A DNA stretch of 61,614 nt, counting the filler. It is 11 parts of 11 records of this genome, joined end to end, with 100 filler letters (N's around TTAATTAATTAA, not from the genome) between each part and the next. Parts side by side here need not be neighbours in the genome. Positions count along the whole stretch, not along the records: positions 11,843 to 15,652 come from SRR7504441_4821; positions 15,753 to 19,299 come from SRR7504441_4824; positions 19,400 to 22,912 come from SRR7504441_4829; positions 23,013 to 36,428 come from SRR7504441_4830; 7 more parts are not named here. One strand, given 5' to 3'. The translations under genes were made by a program, and so were the position numbers. Shown here in pieces: positions 12,160 through 24,067 of the stretch (positions are counted from its first letter, which is position 1; every line of letters starts with the position of its first letter). A model generated the notes under the pieces. The model made no database searches. It saw only the letters and a list, made by a program, of their open reading frames with translations, and was not told the DNA's origin.

Positions 12160-12946
12160 ATGGCGGGGGCGGACGCGGCCTTCGACGCGATGGACCTGAA
12201 CGGGGACGGGCTGGTGGACCGGGTGGAGTTCGAGGCCGCCGCACTCACCCGCAAAATCAGCCATATCTCGACTATGGTCCGCGAGCGCCGGCCCGGCCAG
12301 TACATAGAGCGGCTCCGGTTAACAAGCTACGCCCCGGACCGGACTGGCTCCCGGCAGCAGGGCCGGCGGACCCCGCGCCACAGCTCACCGCCCTCTGGAC
12401 AGCCAGTGCACCCTGAGCCGACAGTCTTGGACGACCAGCCTAGGCGCCGGCGGACCCCTAGGGGCAGCTCGCCGCCCTCGCCAGACCGGCCGGGAGTGCC
12501 CGAGCGGACTGGGCCGATCTCGTCGCTGTGGGCTGGCGGGTGGCTGCCGGCGGATGAGCCTCCGGTGTACCGGTCTCAAATTATTCACGCGATACTCAAT
12601 GATGAGCACCACGCGGGGCACCTTCGACTCGATCAACGACTCCAACTCCCAGATGGACATCACCGAGTTCACCAAGTTTGCCAGGGACTTTGGGCTGACG
12701 GAGGTGCTCAAACTGCCCAAGCTCAAAGTGATTTTCCAGAGTGCCAACGTGGGTGAAGGTTCGGATGATCGGAGGGGGACACTCAGCACGGAGGAGTTCG
12801 GGATTGCAGTGGCGAGCTGCATCGCCCAAGCCACCGAGGAGTATGGCAAGCATGGCAAGCCAATTAGTGATGGGCTAAGGCGGTTGACACTACTGACACG
12901 TGAGGGGCCGGGGGTGGGCCCAACATTGCACTCAGAGAATGTGTAA
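12160..12946 (+). CDS. EF-hand-containing protein
   Basis: Canonical loop DLNGDGLVDRVE and an R/S/P-rich linker, then a frame change via a probable intron (~12528-12558) into EF-hand-like MDITEFTKFARDF...LSTEEF. Confidence 0.65.
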
Positions 12947-13026
12947 TCACCCACGGGTATATCAATGGCTAATTCGCCATTAATTGAGCACTTAATGCTC
13001 CATCGATTGCGTTTAATTAATGAGGC

Positions 13027-13760
13027 TCAGCTTCCTACACGACCTATATACCCGTGGCACGCTATCTGGTCGTGTTGCTCTTTGCCGTTTTGTGACTCTT
13101 TGCCGCCTTCTCCTTCTCCTTCTTCCGCCTCAGCCTGACTATGTCCGGGTCGAACCCCTGCATTCTCCCCATGATCTGCTTCTTGTGGCCTGCCCGCGCT
13201 CAGCCCCGCGCAGGCCGGCCGACCACCTTCATCCATCGGTTTGTCCCAGGCCGACCGCAGCGCCTTGGGCGCCTGAGAGGGCGGCTCGGGCCAGGGCGCA
13301 CGGCCAGGGGGTCACCGGTGAGGTGGCATCGTGCTCCCAGGTCTCCTGCTCGACCACGGTGCTGCTCTCACTAGGGGCTGGCCAGGCCACATCCTGCTCG
13401 CACGGCTGCCAGTCCTGCCCGTCGTCCCAGCCCTCCGGCTGCCCATCCACGGGCTCCTCCTCCCCCCACTGCCACTCCTCATCCGCCCCGTCCGCCTCGC
13501 ACGGTATGCTCCCGTACCCCTCCTGCCCCGCCCTCCGCGCCCCGGTCGGCCGGTCCGGGAGCAACCTCGGGCGCCGGCGGCTCGTCGTCCGGCGGCACCT
13601 CGGGGCCGGCCTGGGCGGCGTACACCTTGTCCAAATCCGGGAAGAGCGCCTTGTCCACGTCGATCTGCTGCGATCCACCGGCCTCGGCCACCGCCAGGAT
13701 CTTCATCACGCCGGCCAGGATGTCTGGGTCGACCTCCAGTCCTGGTTCTGCGCCCGCCAT
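13027..13760 (-). CDS. Hypothetical acidic low-complexity protein, multi-exon
   Basis: MAGAEPGLEVDPD... continues in overlapping minus-strand ORFs 13479-14189, 13229-13678 and 13027-13236. No family recognised. Confidence 0.45.
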
Positions 13761-13829
13761 AGTGATGAGTGGCAATAAAAAAAAATCGATCTGGGGGTGG
13801 GGCCAGTGCGGGCAGGCTGTATGGGAAAA

Positions 13830-14888
13830 ATGTCCACGCTTGTTGGGCTCATCGTGGCTGGGTTCGCAGGTCTTGCGGCGGGGGCCTGGCGGTGCACCGA
13901 TCCGGTCCAGTGTCAGCTCCTCTCCGCGAACGGCCTGTCTTTCCAGTGCCGGCTGGCCGGGCCGCCCTCCGGGCCCGGAGTTGTTATGCTGCACGGCTTT
14001 CCCGAGTGGAGCTCGATGTACCTGCCGCTGATGCAAATCCTGGCCGGGCACGGGCTCCGGAGCATGGCCTGCAATCAGCGCGGCTACTCCCCCGGGGCCC
14101 GACCGGGCGTCGAGTCCGCTTTCAACTACAACCTGCTCGCGTCCGACGCGCTGGCGCTGGCAACAGCGGCCAACATGAGCCAGTTCCACCTAATCGGGCA
14201 CGACCACGGCGCCATGCTCGGCTGGTTTGTGGCCGCGTCCTCCGAAGGCCGTCGGCGAGTGCTCACCTACACCGGGCTGTCGGTGCCGCACCCGGCCGCG
14301 TTCTCGGCTGGCCTGTTCGGGCCGACGGCAGATGTAGGCCAGCAGGTGGCCAGCCAATATTTTACAATGTTCACAATGAACGACTCGGCCACCCGGGATC
14401 TTGGCCTGTTCTACCACACCATCAGTGCCAGCGCTAACACGCCGGACGAAGAGACGTTTGGGTCTGCCCTCGCTGTCCAGCAGGCGCTTTGGTGGTATAA
14501 TGGCGCCATGGACGCGGGCGTGATTGGCATGCCACCCATCTTCAGCGCCACGGAGCTGCTCATTAAGTACAAAAACCCGTCGATGGCCGCGCTGAGAGCC
14601 GGCTTCGCGGGCTGCGACCGATGCAAGAGGAACGGTGGCCAAGGTTTTAAGCCAGACCACCCTGTAGGGAACGTGAGTATGCCCTCCCTGTTCGCGTGCG
14701 GATCCAACGACACCGCACTGTTGTGCACTAGACCGTACGCTTTACGCACGCGTGAGTACGTTTCGGGCGAGTATCAATATCTGTCGAACGGATGCGGGCA
14801 TGACCTTCTGACCGAGTCCAAATCATGCCCGGCCGACCAGGTGGCCAAGGTGACCGACGCTATCGTGGCACTGATCAGCAGACACTGA
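13830..14888 (+). CDS. Secreted alpha/beta hydrolase, epoxide-hydrolase-like
   Basis: HGFPE oxyanion motif, QRGYS, GHDHG (Asp nucleophile), C-terminal GH and a signal-peptide-like N-terminus. Uninterrupted ORF. Confidence 0.88.
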   Translation: MSTLVGLIVAGFAGLAAGAWRCTDPVQCQLLSANGLSFQCRLAGPPSGPGVVMLHGFPEWSSMYLPLMQILAGHGLRSMACNQRGYSPGARPGVESAFNYNLLASDALALATAANMSQFHLIGHDHGAMLGWFVAASSEGRRRVLTYTGLSVPHPAAFSAGLFGPTADVGQQVASQYFTMFTMNDSATRDLGLFYHTISASANTPDEETFGSALAVQQALWWYNGAMDAGVIGMPPIFSATELLIKYKNPSMAALRAGFAGCDRCKRNGGQGFKPDHPVGNVSMPSLFACGSNDTALLCTRPYALRTREYVSGEYQYLSNGCGHDLLTESKSCPADQVAKVTDAIVALISRH

Positions 14889-15165
14889 CCAAGTGTTGAT
14901 GTGAAGTGCATGGTGAAGTGCATGATTGCGTACCGTTTGTTACTAACCAAACAACGATTCATGCGATAGTATTTACATGTAACTCTGCATTGAATTCAAT
15001 GAACAATTACATAGCTAGAACCATCCCACACCAAGTTTGTTACTTGTAAATGTTGCAACTTAATATCTGCTCGATGAGCCACAGTGACGCTGACTTGAAG
15101 AACAGCCTTCCGTTGGCTTGGCTGGTGGAGGCACATCGGCCGGCATCCGCGGCCCGGCGTGTGGG

Positions 15166-15652
15166 ATGGTGCTGTTTTATGGCCCCAACGGGTTTGGTCA
15201 GCTCGTCGGTCGGCATACTTGGCTCAGCCCCGGCCGGCAGGTTTTGCCCCGGTGACCAAGACCCTAATGCTCACCACGGCCGGCCTCTCGCTGGCTGGGC
15301 CTGTGCTCGCCCCCGGCCTGAGCTTCGAGCTGAGGCTTCCGCTGCTGCTACGCGGTCAGCTCTGGCGGCTAATCACCAGCAACCTGGTGTTCAGCACCCC
15401 AGCTGAGCTCCTCTTTGGTCCCGCCGCCCCCAGCCCACCCAGCCTAGCCGATCGGGCCAGGTCTGCTCCTCCTGTACTACATGCGGCTTGTTGAACGGCA
15501 ACTTGGGCTCGAGAACTTCTCGGTCAGCCGCCCCCCAGCCGCCCGACTGACCGGCCTCCGCAGGCGTTCGCGGCGCTGAGCTTTGGGCTGAGCACGCTGC
15601 TGCAGATCGGCGGCTCTGTTGTGCTGCCTAAGGGGTTGAGCAGCTTCGCCTC
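15166..15652 (+). CDS. UBAC2/Dsc2-like rhomboid pseudoprotease, 3'-partial
   Basis: Spliced MVLFYGPNGFG|FAPVTKTL, GQLWRLITSNLVF and LLLLYYMRLVERQLGS match the UBAC2/Dsc2 rhomboid-like pattern. Confidence 0.72.
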
Positions 15653-15752
15653 NNNNNNNNNNNNNNNNNNNNNNNNNNNNNNNNNNNNNNNNNNNNTTAA
15701 TTAATTAANNNNNNNNNNNNNNNNNNNNNNNNNNNNNNNNNNNNNNNNNNNN

Positions 15753-18700
15753 GCGGATAGACAACTACGACCAGCGGATCACGGACGACTTGCAGCTCTT
15801 CCTGCAAGGATTCCTCGGGGCGATCATCGGCAATTTCAACTGCTTCATCCCGATGCTCTTCACCGTGATCCAGGCCATGGCCGGGCTGTTCGCGCTCATC
15901 CACCTGGGCGGGGACACCACCGGGTGGACTGTGCTCACCTGCGTGATCGTGCTGCTCCTGCTCGGCGCGGGGGTGCTGTTCACCATCAACCGGCTGTGCA
16001 ATCTCCAGTTCAGCCAGCAGCTGCGCGACGGCGACCTCCGGTTCGCCCACTCCAGGGCGGTGGCGCACTCGGAGTCGATCGCCTTCTACGGTGGCGAACA
16101 GCGCGAATTCAATGAGTGCAACTCGCGGTTTTCGCGGGCTGTGGTCAACTTCAGGGAGCTGATAGTGTGGCAGAGTCTGATCTACGGACTGCTGCAGGGC
16201 TTCACCTATCTGACTACCCCGCTGGCACTGCTGCTGCTCTATCAGTGGCAGGCGATCAGGCACAGCTGCACCGAGTCGTTCAAGGACATGTTTGAGGCTT
16301 TCCAGCTGATCCAGCTCTCGATCACCTCCTTCTACAACCTGCCGGCCGTCTACTCGAGCCTGACTCAGATCGCCGGGGTGACCCATCGTGTGGGCGAGCT
16401 GATCGAGGTGCTCGAGGAGCTCGAGGCCGACCTGATCCTCCGCCAGTTCTCACAGCAGGTCCAAGTGCTCGAGGAGAGCTCGGCCGCCCCGGCCCTGATC
16501 GAGCTCCGGGACGTAACCGCTGGCCCGCCCGGCACCGCCCTCCACCTTTTCAACAGGCTCAACCTAGTGGTGAGGGAAGGCGAATCAGTCGTGGTCCAAG
16601 GCCCGTCCGGGTGCGGCAAGTCGTCTCTGTTGCGGGTGATCTCGGGGCTGTGGGAAGTGGACGATGGGACGGTGATCAAGCCCCAGACCATAGGCCGCGG
16701 TGGCATCTTCTTTGTGCCGCAGCGTTCGTATATTGCGTTTGGAGGGCTGAGAGACCAGGTGACGTATCCACAGACCATCAAGTACGAGACTGGCAACTCG
16801 GACCCGGACGTGCTGGCTATCTTAGAGCTGGTCAAGTTGGACTATCTGGTGGCTCGATGGGGGCTGGACACCCCAGCAGACTGGTCCGGGCTCCTCTCAG
16901 GCGGGGAGAAGCAGCGGCTGGGGCTGGCGAGGCTGTTCTATCACGCACCCAAGTTTGCCGTGTTGGATGAGTCCACTTCAGCGCTGGATGTGCCGATGGA
17001 GAGCCGAATTCTCAAGTCTTGCCTCGACCGCGGAATGACTCTCATCTCAGTAGCACACCGCTCATCAGCAGTCCCAATTCACAAGCACATCTTCAGGTAC
17101 AATCCAAGCACCAAGGATTGGACACAGCACGAGGTGCCTGCTTCAGATCACGAGGCAGCAATCAAACAGGGCGCTGAACAGCAGCAGAAGTATGCTGAGA
17201 AGACAGAGTCCGATCCAAACGATGTGAGGGCAACAGATTCAGCAGAAGTGCCACGGCTTAAGGAGGCTCCGCGCAGTGGTATGTGGGATGCTATTCCGCG
17301 GCTTTGGAAGTTTATAAAACTTTCATCCCAAGAGATCAAGAGACCTCTTGCTGAGCAGTGCTTTGTTCGTCTGATTGCTGCATCTCTACTGGTGACAATA
17401 TGCTACTTCATTGGGGAAGCATTTGAGCGGATAGCTCTCCAAAGTTCTTGTAGCAGCAGTGCTGTCTCGTATGGGGCACTCGCCGTAGTGGCCGCCATTG
17501 GATGGGGAGTGTGTGATGGGGTGGGTGCATGGTATGCTTATACTTTAGCAATCGGAGTGCGAAAGGCTGTGGTCGACCACATGCATAGGCTGTACTTCCG
17601 ACCCAAAGTCATCTATGCCACAAACCACATTAGCAGGCTTGACACAGTCGATCAGCGATTCGTGCAGGATACAGTCGGAATGACTCAGTTCTTGGCGATT
17701 GTGTTGTTTGGATCCGGACCAGGTGTTGGTATGGTTGGACTGTTTGTATTTATTGTTGTTTGCTCCATTGCTGGAATGGTCTTCTTCTCCTGGTTCGTCA
17801 CTCTGAGTGTCCTGCTCTACTTTACTCTGGCTTACCTCTCTGTCCTTCCTGTTCAGAACCGGGTGACTGGCAATCAAATGGGTGTGCAATACTCTGAGGG
17901 AACTCTGCGCTTCTTCCATGCTCGCGTTCGATTGTTCACTGAGAGCATAGAGTTCTACCAAGGCGAGGCTGTCGAGCTGCAGAATGCTGACATGCTTCTG
18001 GATGGTGTGGTTGATGCTTACATTGAATGGGTGTGGAGTGCTGTGCCGCTCATGCTTGTACTAGTGGCTCAAGTCTTGCTGGGCACACAGATAGCATTGA
18101 TTATTCTATGCGTGATGCAATTTTATATGGATTCGATCTCTATCTCAGATAAGGATTCTGTGATCACTGCAACCTTCATATTCTTCACCCTCTTCTCGAA
18201 CATGTTGGGGGTTCTGGGTGTCTACTTTGGCCTGACAGCTTTTTTAGCAGGGTATGTGAATCGGGTTGCTCAGCTTGAAGAGACAATTGCTCAATATGAG
18301 CACTACGGCAATAATAACGAGGCAAGGATACAGAACTGTGACACTGTGCAGCTGCACGACCTCACTGTTGAAACACCAGGTGGTGATAAATGCCTAGTGC
18401 GTGGTCTCTCAATTTCAGTGGAGCATGGGGCCAGTTTAGTGATCATGGGCGAGTCAGGGGCTGGGAAATCGTCTCTACTTCGGGTTGTTGCCGGGCTCTG
18501 GGGTCCCACTAGTGGTTTTGTATCGCGCCCACTTGTGGGTCAGAGTCTCACAGGCGTGTTATTTATGCCCCAGACAAGCTATACAACCATTGGGACTCTC
18601 AGGGATCAAATTGTCTACCCACACCAGAGCACTGTCCGAGGAGCGCAAGGAGACAACCGGTTACTGCTAGAACTCCTTGAGGTGGTCCAACTGAGATATC

Positions 18701-19119
18701 TCGCCGAACGCTGGGGCCTAGACACAGTGGTGATCTGGGATGATCAGCTGTCTGGAGGTGAGGCACAGCGGTTGGGCTTTGCTCGGCTGTTCTACCACAA
18801 TCCAAGATATGCAATTATGGATGAAGCAACCTCTGCCATGGATGATGATCTTCAACACAAAATGATGTCAGAATGCTTGAACCGAAGTATCACAATCATA
18901 TCTGTTGCTCATAGACCGCAGGTGATTGCCTACCACGAGAATATCTTGCGACTAACTGGGGATGGATCGTTTGAGCTAGTGGCAACTAGTGCTTCAAACG
19001 AGAAATTACCTCTGATCTCCTTTGAAAAGAAAATTCTTAATCAATCCACCGAGGCGCTCGTGGGAGTTGCACTGCCGTTCATGAAGTCAATGGATGATTT
19101 AAAAGAAGACAAGTTATAG
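15753..19119 (+). CDS. Full-size ABCD-family (peroxisomal-type) ABC transporter, 5'-partial, intronless
   Basis: DNYDQRITDD, EAA-like HSESIAFYGGE, two NBDs (GPSGCGKSS and GESGAGKSS), LSGGEKQR and LSGGEAQR signatures, and LDESTSA and MDEATSA Walker B motifs. Confidence 0.93.
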
Positions 19120-19399
19120 AAAAGATTTCTTAAATGTCATTGAAGTCGGTTAACTTTTGATTAACTTTTGATCTAGACTAGCAATATTTTACTATTAATG
19201 ACTCCGGCGACGTAACTGTGCTGACCTATCTTGGTTATTACTTAGGACCGAACGTTTGCTCACTTTGATGTTACTTTGATGTTGCATGTAACTTGCTTAN
19301 NNNNNNNNNNNNNNNNNNNNNNNNNNNNNNNNNNNNNNNNNNNTTAATTAATTAANNNNNNNNNNNNNNNNNNNNNNNNNNNNNNNNNNNNNNNNNNNN

Positions 19400-19518
19400 A
19401 GGAGAAGAAGGAGAAGAAGGAGAAGAAGCAGAAGAAGAAGGTCCGTATAGATTCCAACTCGGTGGTTGCGCCGCCTGAACCCGAGGTCGAAGTGAGCCAA
19501 AGCTTTTTGTTCGGCTAG
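19400..19518 (+). CDS. 3' end of a Lys/Glu-rich protein (partial)
   Basis: A (GAGAAGAAG)n repeat reads EKKEKKEKKQKKKVRIDS...SFLFG*, followed by AT-rich DNA. Confidence 0.45.
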
Positions 19519-19682
19519 CTACGTAGATAATTGATTGGCAGCATGAACATCATGATTTGAGTACAGTACAATCATGTAGTACGGCCTTAAATACAACTTA
19601 AGTAGAGTTTTTACTCAATTAGGGGACTTAGAGATGATTTAGGATGTGTATTTTGATCGCGAACGAGATCGTGGTGATCGAT

Positions 19683-21597
19683 TTATGCGGTCTTCGAGTA
19701 TCGTTGGATTAAACACTCGATCAAACCAAAGTTCAAAGCTTTCCACCGTGTAATCCGACTGAATGCCAAACAGTCATTCGAGACGATCGGGGCACTCACC
19801 GCATCGATACTTTCAGCAACCAGCTCGCCAATAGCGTCAGGTGGCACCGGGATCTCAAGCTTGACACAAAGAGCGGTGCATAGCATACCTGGCAAGACCT
19901 GCTCATCACGGCCCGGCGTTTGGGCGAGCACATAAGTCCTCCGGGTCGCTAATCCGACCACACCCGTCCAAATCGAACCTGCAGATCCATTCCAACCTGA
20001 GCTGGCTCGAGACGACTCTGGCCAGACTCACCTCATGAAGTGTTTGGCCATGATCGCCTGCCGCTCAGGCTGGAGCTCCGCAGCTGCCCCGACCGGCGGC
20101 TCTGAGGGCTCGGGCGGTGGCTCGGACGGCCGATCTTCGATCAGGCCATTGAGCTGGTCCAGCAGTGCTCGGGTTGCGGTTTCTGACTCTGAGCGGGCCA
20201 TCTTGCGGCTGGTCTCGAGCACGGACTGCAACTGCCCTGCGGCTCAGCCACAGCCCAGCCTGCGCGCCGCCTGTGCCAGCGGTACTCGGTCGGCCAATGC
20301 TGCACGCGTGTACTCATGCAGCTGCTGCAGCCCTGCCCCGGCTGGCCAGCCGCTGCGGCCCTACACCCACCTTGGGCCAGCCGTGGACACTGCTTATCTA
20401 CTCCCAGCTCCAGCAGCCGCCGCTCCGCCATCTGCCCGGCCGCTGACCGGCTGGATGGGCACGCCGCACCTGAGCCTGCCCCCGGAGCGAGGCTATGAAA
20501 GGCCGCTTGGTCACCGCCAGCCCAAACAGTTCAAGCGAGAGCAACGCCAGCTGCCCGCCATCAGCCCGCACTCGGCGCGCTGCATTGCCTGGTGTTCTAC
20601 CGCTGCAAGGCTGTCGCTGTCGGCCAGTGCGAGCAGCCCTTTGAGCGTCGGCTCTATCGGGCCTGTAGGAGCCGGCGACAAGGCAGTAGGTTTCCGCTTG
20701 CCAGCCGCCGTGCGAACCCGGGCCATCAACAGCCCGAGCAGCACTACAAACGGCTCGGCCGCGTCGCTCTCGAACAACAGCGCCACCTGGTCGAGCAGCT
20801 GGGCGGCCGCATCCCAGAGCGAGAGGACAGTGGCCTCGCAGCCCATGATCCGCATCTCGATCTGCATCAGCCCGCTTTGCCTCTGGCGCATCAGCATCGC
20901 CTGCCGCTGCCGCTCGCTCCTATTAAAGTCAAAGTTTTGCATTACGCCTGCCCGACTAGATCAGCACCAGCCGGGCTGGACCGCCGCACGCTGCACCACT
21001 GTGCGCCGTGTCCCAGTCGCCGCCTTAATCGCGCCGACCGCTTCGTGCATCTGGGCCTGGATTTGGCTCTCGGACTCGCTCTCCACAAACTGGTGAATCG
21101 GCTCGCCTGCCCCGGCTGGCGCGGGCTCGAGTGGCGGCAGGTCCACCAAACGCGGCGATGGCGGTGCGCAGCAGTTGGCTCAGGTTACGCTTGGCTCTCT
21201 CCAGCCCGGCCGAGCCCCGCCAGGCCTCCTCTTTGAGCCGGCGTGGCTTGGGCGCTGACGGGCTGGCCGAGCTTGGGCACAGCTTATTCCCCTCGTAGAT
21301 CCCACCGGCCTGCAAACGAATCAATCAGCGCTCACACCCGGCGGCCGGCGCCTTGGATGCGGGAGGACGCGGGCTGGCGCGCCGAGCGTTGCGCGAGTTT
21401 CGTGCCCGGTGCATCGCCCGCTGCTCGCGGCGATGCACTGCGATGTTGGGCAAGCTGATCAGCGTGCCAGCGCTTGGTGGCTCCGGCCTCTGGAAGAGGT
21501 GGTTGGCGTTTGGGCTCGGAGAGATGTCATCAAGCCTTTGGAAGAGGTTGGCCGTTTGGATTCTTTGAATCTTCGCGTCCAAAAAACCATCGCTCAT
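19683..21597 (-). CDS. Hypothetical helical protein, multi-exon
   Basis: A chain of minus-strand protein-like ORFs (21325-21597, 21025-21324, 20961-21149, 20511-20942, 20028-20231, 19683-19961) separated by intron-sized frame changes. Confidence 0.55.
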
Positions 21598-21635
21598 CGC
21601 TCAGCGGCACGTTCGCGGAGCTGGTGCCTGAACCT

Positions 21636-22912
21636 ATGGAGTCTGTTTGGGGGGTGCCGCCGGAGCTGCTCGAGGTGGCCCCGGACGACGTGCGCGCCAC
21701 GGTGCTTCCGTACTGGCCGGAGGTGGCGCGGCCGTGCCCGGCTTCCCCGGTGCTGCCGGTGTCCGGCTATATCGGCGCTGGCATCGAGCTTGGGCTGCGC
21801 TGGGGCCGGGCCGGGCTTGATGAGGACGACCCGCCGCTGCTCGAGGCCGTGGTTGCCACCCAGGCCGCCACCATTGCAAAGCTTGAGCAGCTGGCCGAAT
21901 CGCGGGCGGAGGAGCTCGCGGCGATGCACCAACAGATGGGCCGACTGGAGGCCTCGCGCAGCCGGGAAGGTAACCAGTGGAGCGAGATCGACAGCCTCAA
22001 GCGCGAGATGGAACGGCTGGAGCGGCAGCGCACGCCTGAGCGCCAGTCGGAGGAGGCCGAGTTTGCCAGCACGGTCGCCCAGATGCAGCGCACGCTCTCG
22101 CCGGATGCGGACACTGACGTCGGTCGGTCTTTATTCAGCCTCCCGGTGCCCGAAGGCGGCCAGGACTCGAGAGATAATGATGATGGATCCGACTGGCGGG
22201 ACAGCCTCGCTCTGCTGCACAGGAACAATGCAACCCGCAAGAAGCGCTCAATGCGGGCTGTGAGCGAACAGGCATTGGAGAGCGCGCCTGCTGGGCCACG
22301 CACTGGGTCGGCAGACAGTTCCGGACAGGCACAGTTTTCAGCAGAACTTGAGCAAGACCCGAATGCAGCAGAGGCGGCACCGAAGGAGGCAGCAACAGAG
22401 GCGGCAGCAGAGGCGGCGCCGAAGGAGGCAGAAGCAGCACTAAAGGAGGCGGCAGCACACGCAACAGTGAGGGAGGCAGTGGCGGTATCAAAGGGGGCAG
22501 ATACTGAGCGGTTGCTGGCATCGCCTTCTCCAGGCAGGGCTGAAGTACGATCGATGAGTGCGGCGGATGAGTCGACACAGTGTCTATTCTCGGAGCTCGA
22601 ACGGCTCAAGGCCGAGAACGCCGAGCTGAGCGCCAAACTTGCTGCCCAAGCACAGCCTGCACCAGTCTCGGCTGAGCCGGCAACGCCATTGAACAATGAT
22701 ACCAGGGCTGGCAAGCTGGAGGGCTCGGGGGTGGATGTCTTAGTGCGAGCAGTGTCACCGGGAAGCCCGATCAGAGACGAGCACAAAAGGTTGAGCAAGC
22801 AGCTGTACAAGATGCAGCAGAAGCTGCTCAGTAATCTTCTCAACAAGCGAGAACGTGATGCACTCAAAAGAGAGATACAGAGCTTAGATGCACAGATTCT
22901 AGCCCTCCAGCC
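21636..22912 (+). CDS. Hypothetical coiled-coil protein with EAAPKEAA repeats, 3'-partial
   Basis: Long ORF to the contig end with heptad-rich segments. Repeat at ~22369-22455. Confidence 0.6.
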
Positions 22913-24067
22913 NNNNNNNNNNNNNNNNNNNNNNNNNNNNNNNNNNNNNNNNNNNNTTAATTAATTAANNNNNNNNNNNNNNNNNNNNNNNNNNNNNNNN
23001 NNNNNNNNNNNNCGTCGGTAGGGAACTGATCTACATGCGTAGATGTAGCTACGTAGGTAGTCCATTCTGGTAGTATCTAGGATCCATGTGAGGCAAGTCG
23101 TGCATAGTCAGGAAGTGCAGACACGCTTGCAAGTCTTAGTGCGAGGTCTTACGTGACGTCTTATGTTTCAACTATTGATCATTCGCATAATTACATGGTG
23201 TTTTATCATAAACGCCTAAGCTCATAAAAACAGGTGAATCTGCATGATTGATGTACTCATGTCCTGATTGTCATTGAGTTCCTTTGGGTCTCCGCCGGTC
23301 CGCTCACTGGCAACAGGCAATCCTATCGGCACACGCTGCTAGCTGGTTGAGCACTTGTCTTCAACCACAGTTTTCATTGCGCGAGCTGGCGACTTCCTCC
23401 CGGTACTCAATAGTCGGCCACCCACATCGTCTGGTTGGGGAACCGCTCGGGCGGCCACTCGGCCGCCATGCCAGCACCGAGGATATCCTGGCGATCGGCG
23501 CATTGGAGCGACGGCCCTGAGTGGTACTGCTCCGGCTCGGGAGGCCACTCTGCGGCCCAACCCGCATCCCGGGCAGCATGGGCCAGGGGAGCTGGCGGGG
23601 GTGCCGCCGCGTCCTCTCGTGCGCCGAGTGCCCCAATCAGTTGGGCACACCGCTTGGGGCGACTGGTGCCGAGGTGGGGCTGGGTGGTGGCTTTGTAGCT
23701 GTCAGCGGTGGTGCAGTTGGACTGAACAGGCTGAGTGGTGGCTTGTGGCTGGATGCCGACCGAGGCCCACGCCGAATCGGAGGCCCAAGCTGAGTGCGCG
23801 CCGCTGAATAGATCGCGGTCGTCGAGAGGCTTCAGACGATCCCCTCCCAGGCTGCACCGGCTCCAGACATGGCAGGTGGCGGGGTTGTAAGGTTTTTGGA
23901 TGACGAGCTGCCCCCGTCCTCAGCAGGCGGCCGGGCTTAGGCCAGGCACCATTGGGGCATGTAAGAGTGTGCTGGGTGTGGTTGGTGGGCAAACCAGGGT
24001 GGGCCTCTCGAGTCCAGATGTCCGTTGAACTCACCGGCTGGCCCGTGGCATATATGATGAGATCCTG

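Noticed and set aside
22369-22455. GAGGCGGCA-type repeats
   Set aside because: Coding low-complexity EAAPKEAA repeats; no constant repeat with unique spacers, so not a CRISPR array.
23029-23060. Short hairpin and palindromes (atctac-atgc-gtagat; agctacgtag)
   Set aside because: Stems of 6 bp or less are expected by chance; no terminal inverted repeat or RNA gene context.
23284-24051. GC-rich stretch upstream of PIEZO with several short ORFs on both strands
   Set aside because: May hold a divergent minus-strand gene, but I could not build a consistent exon chain or find a motif.
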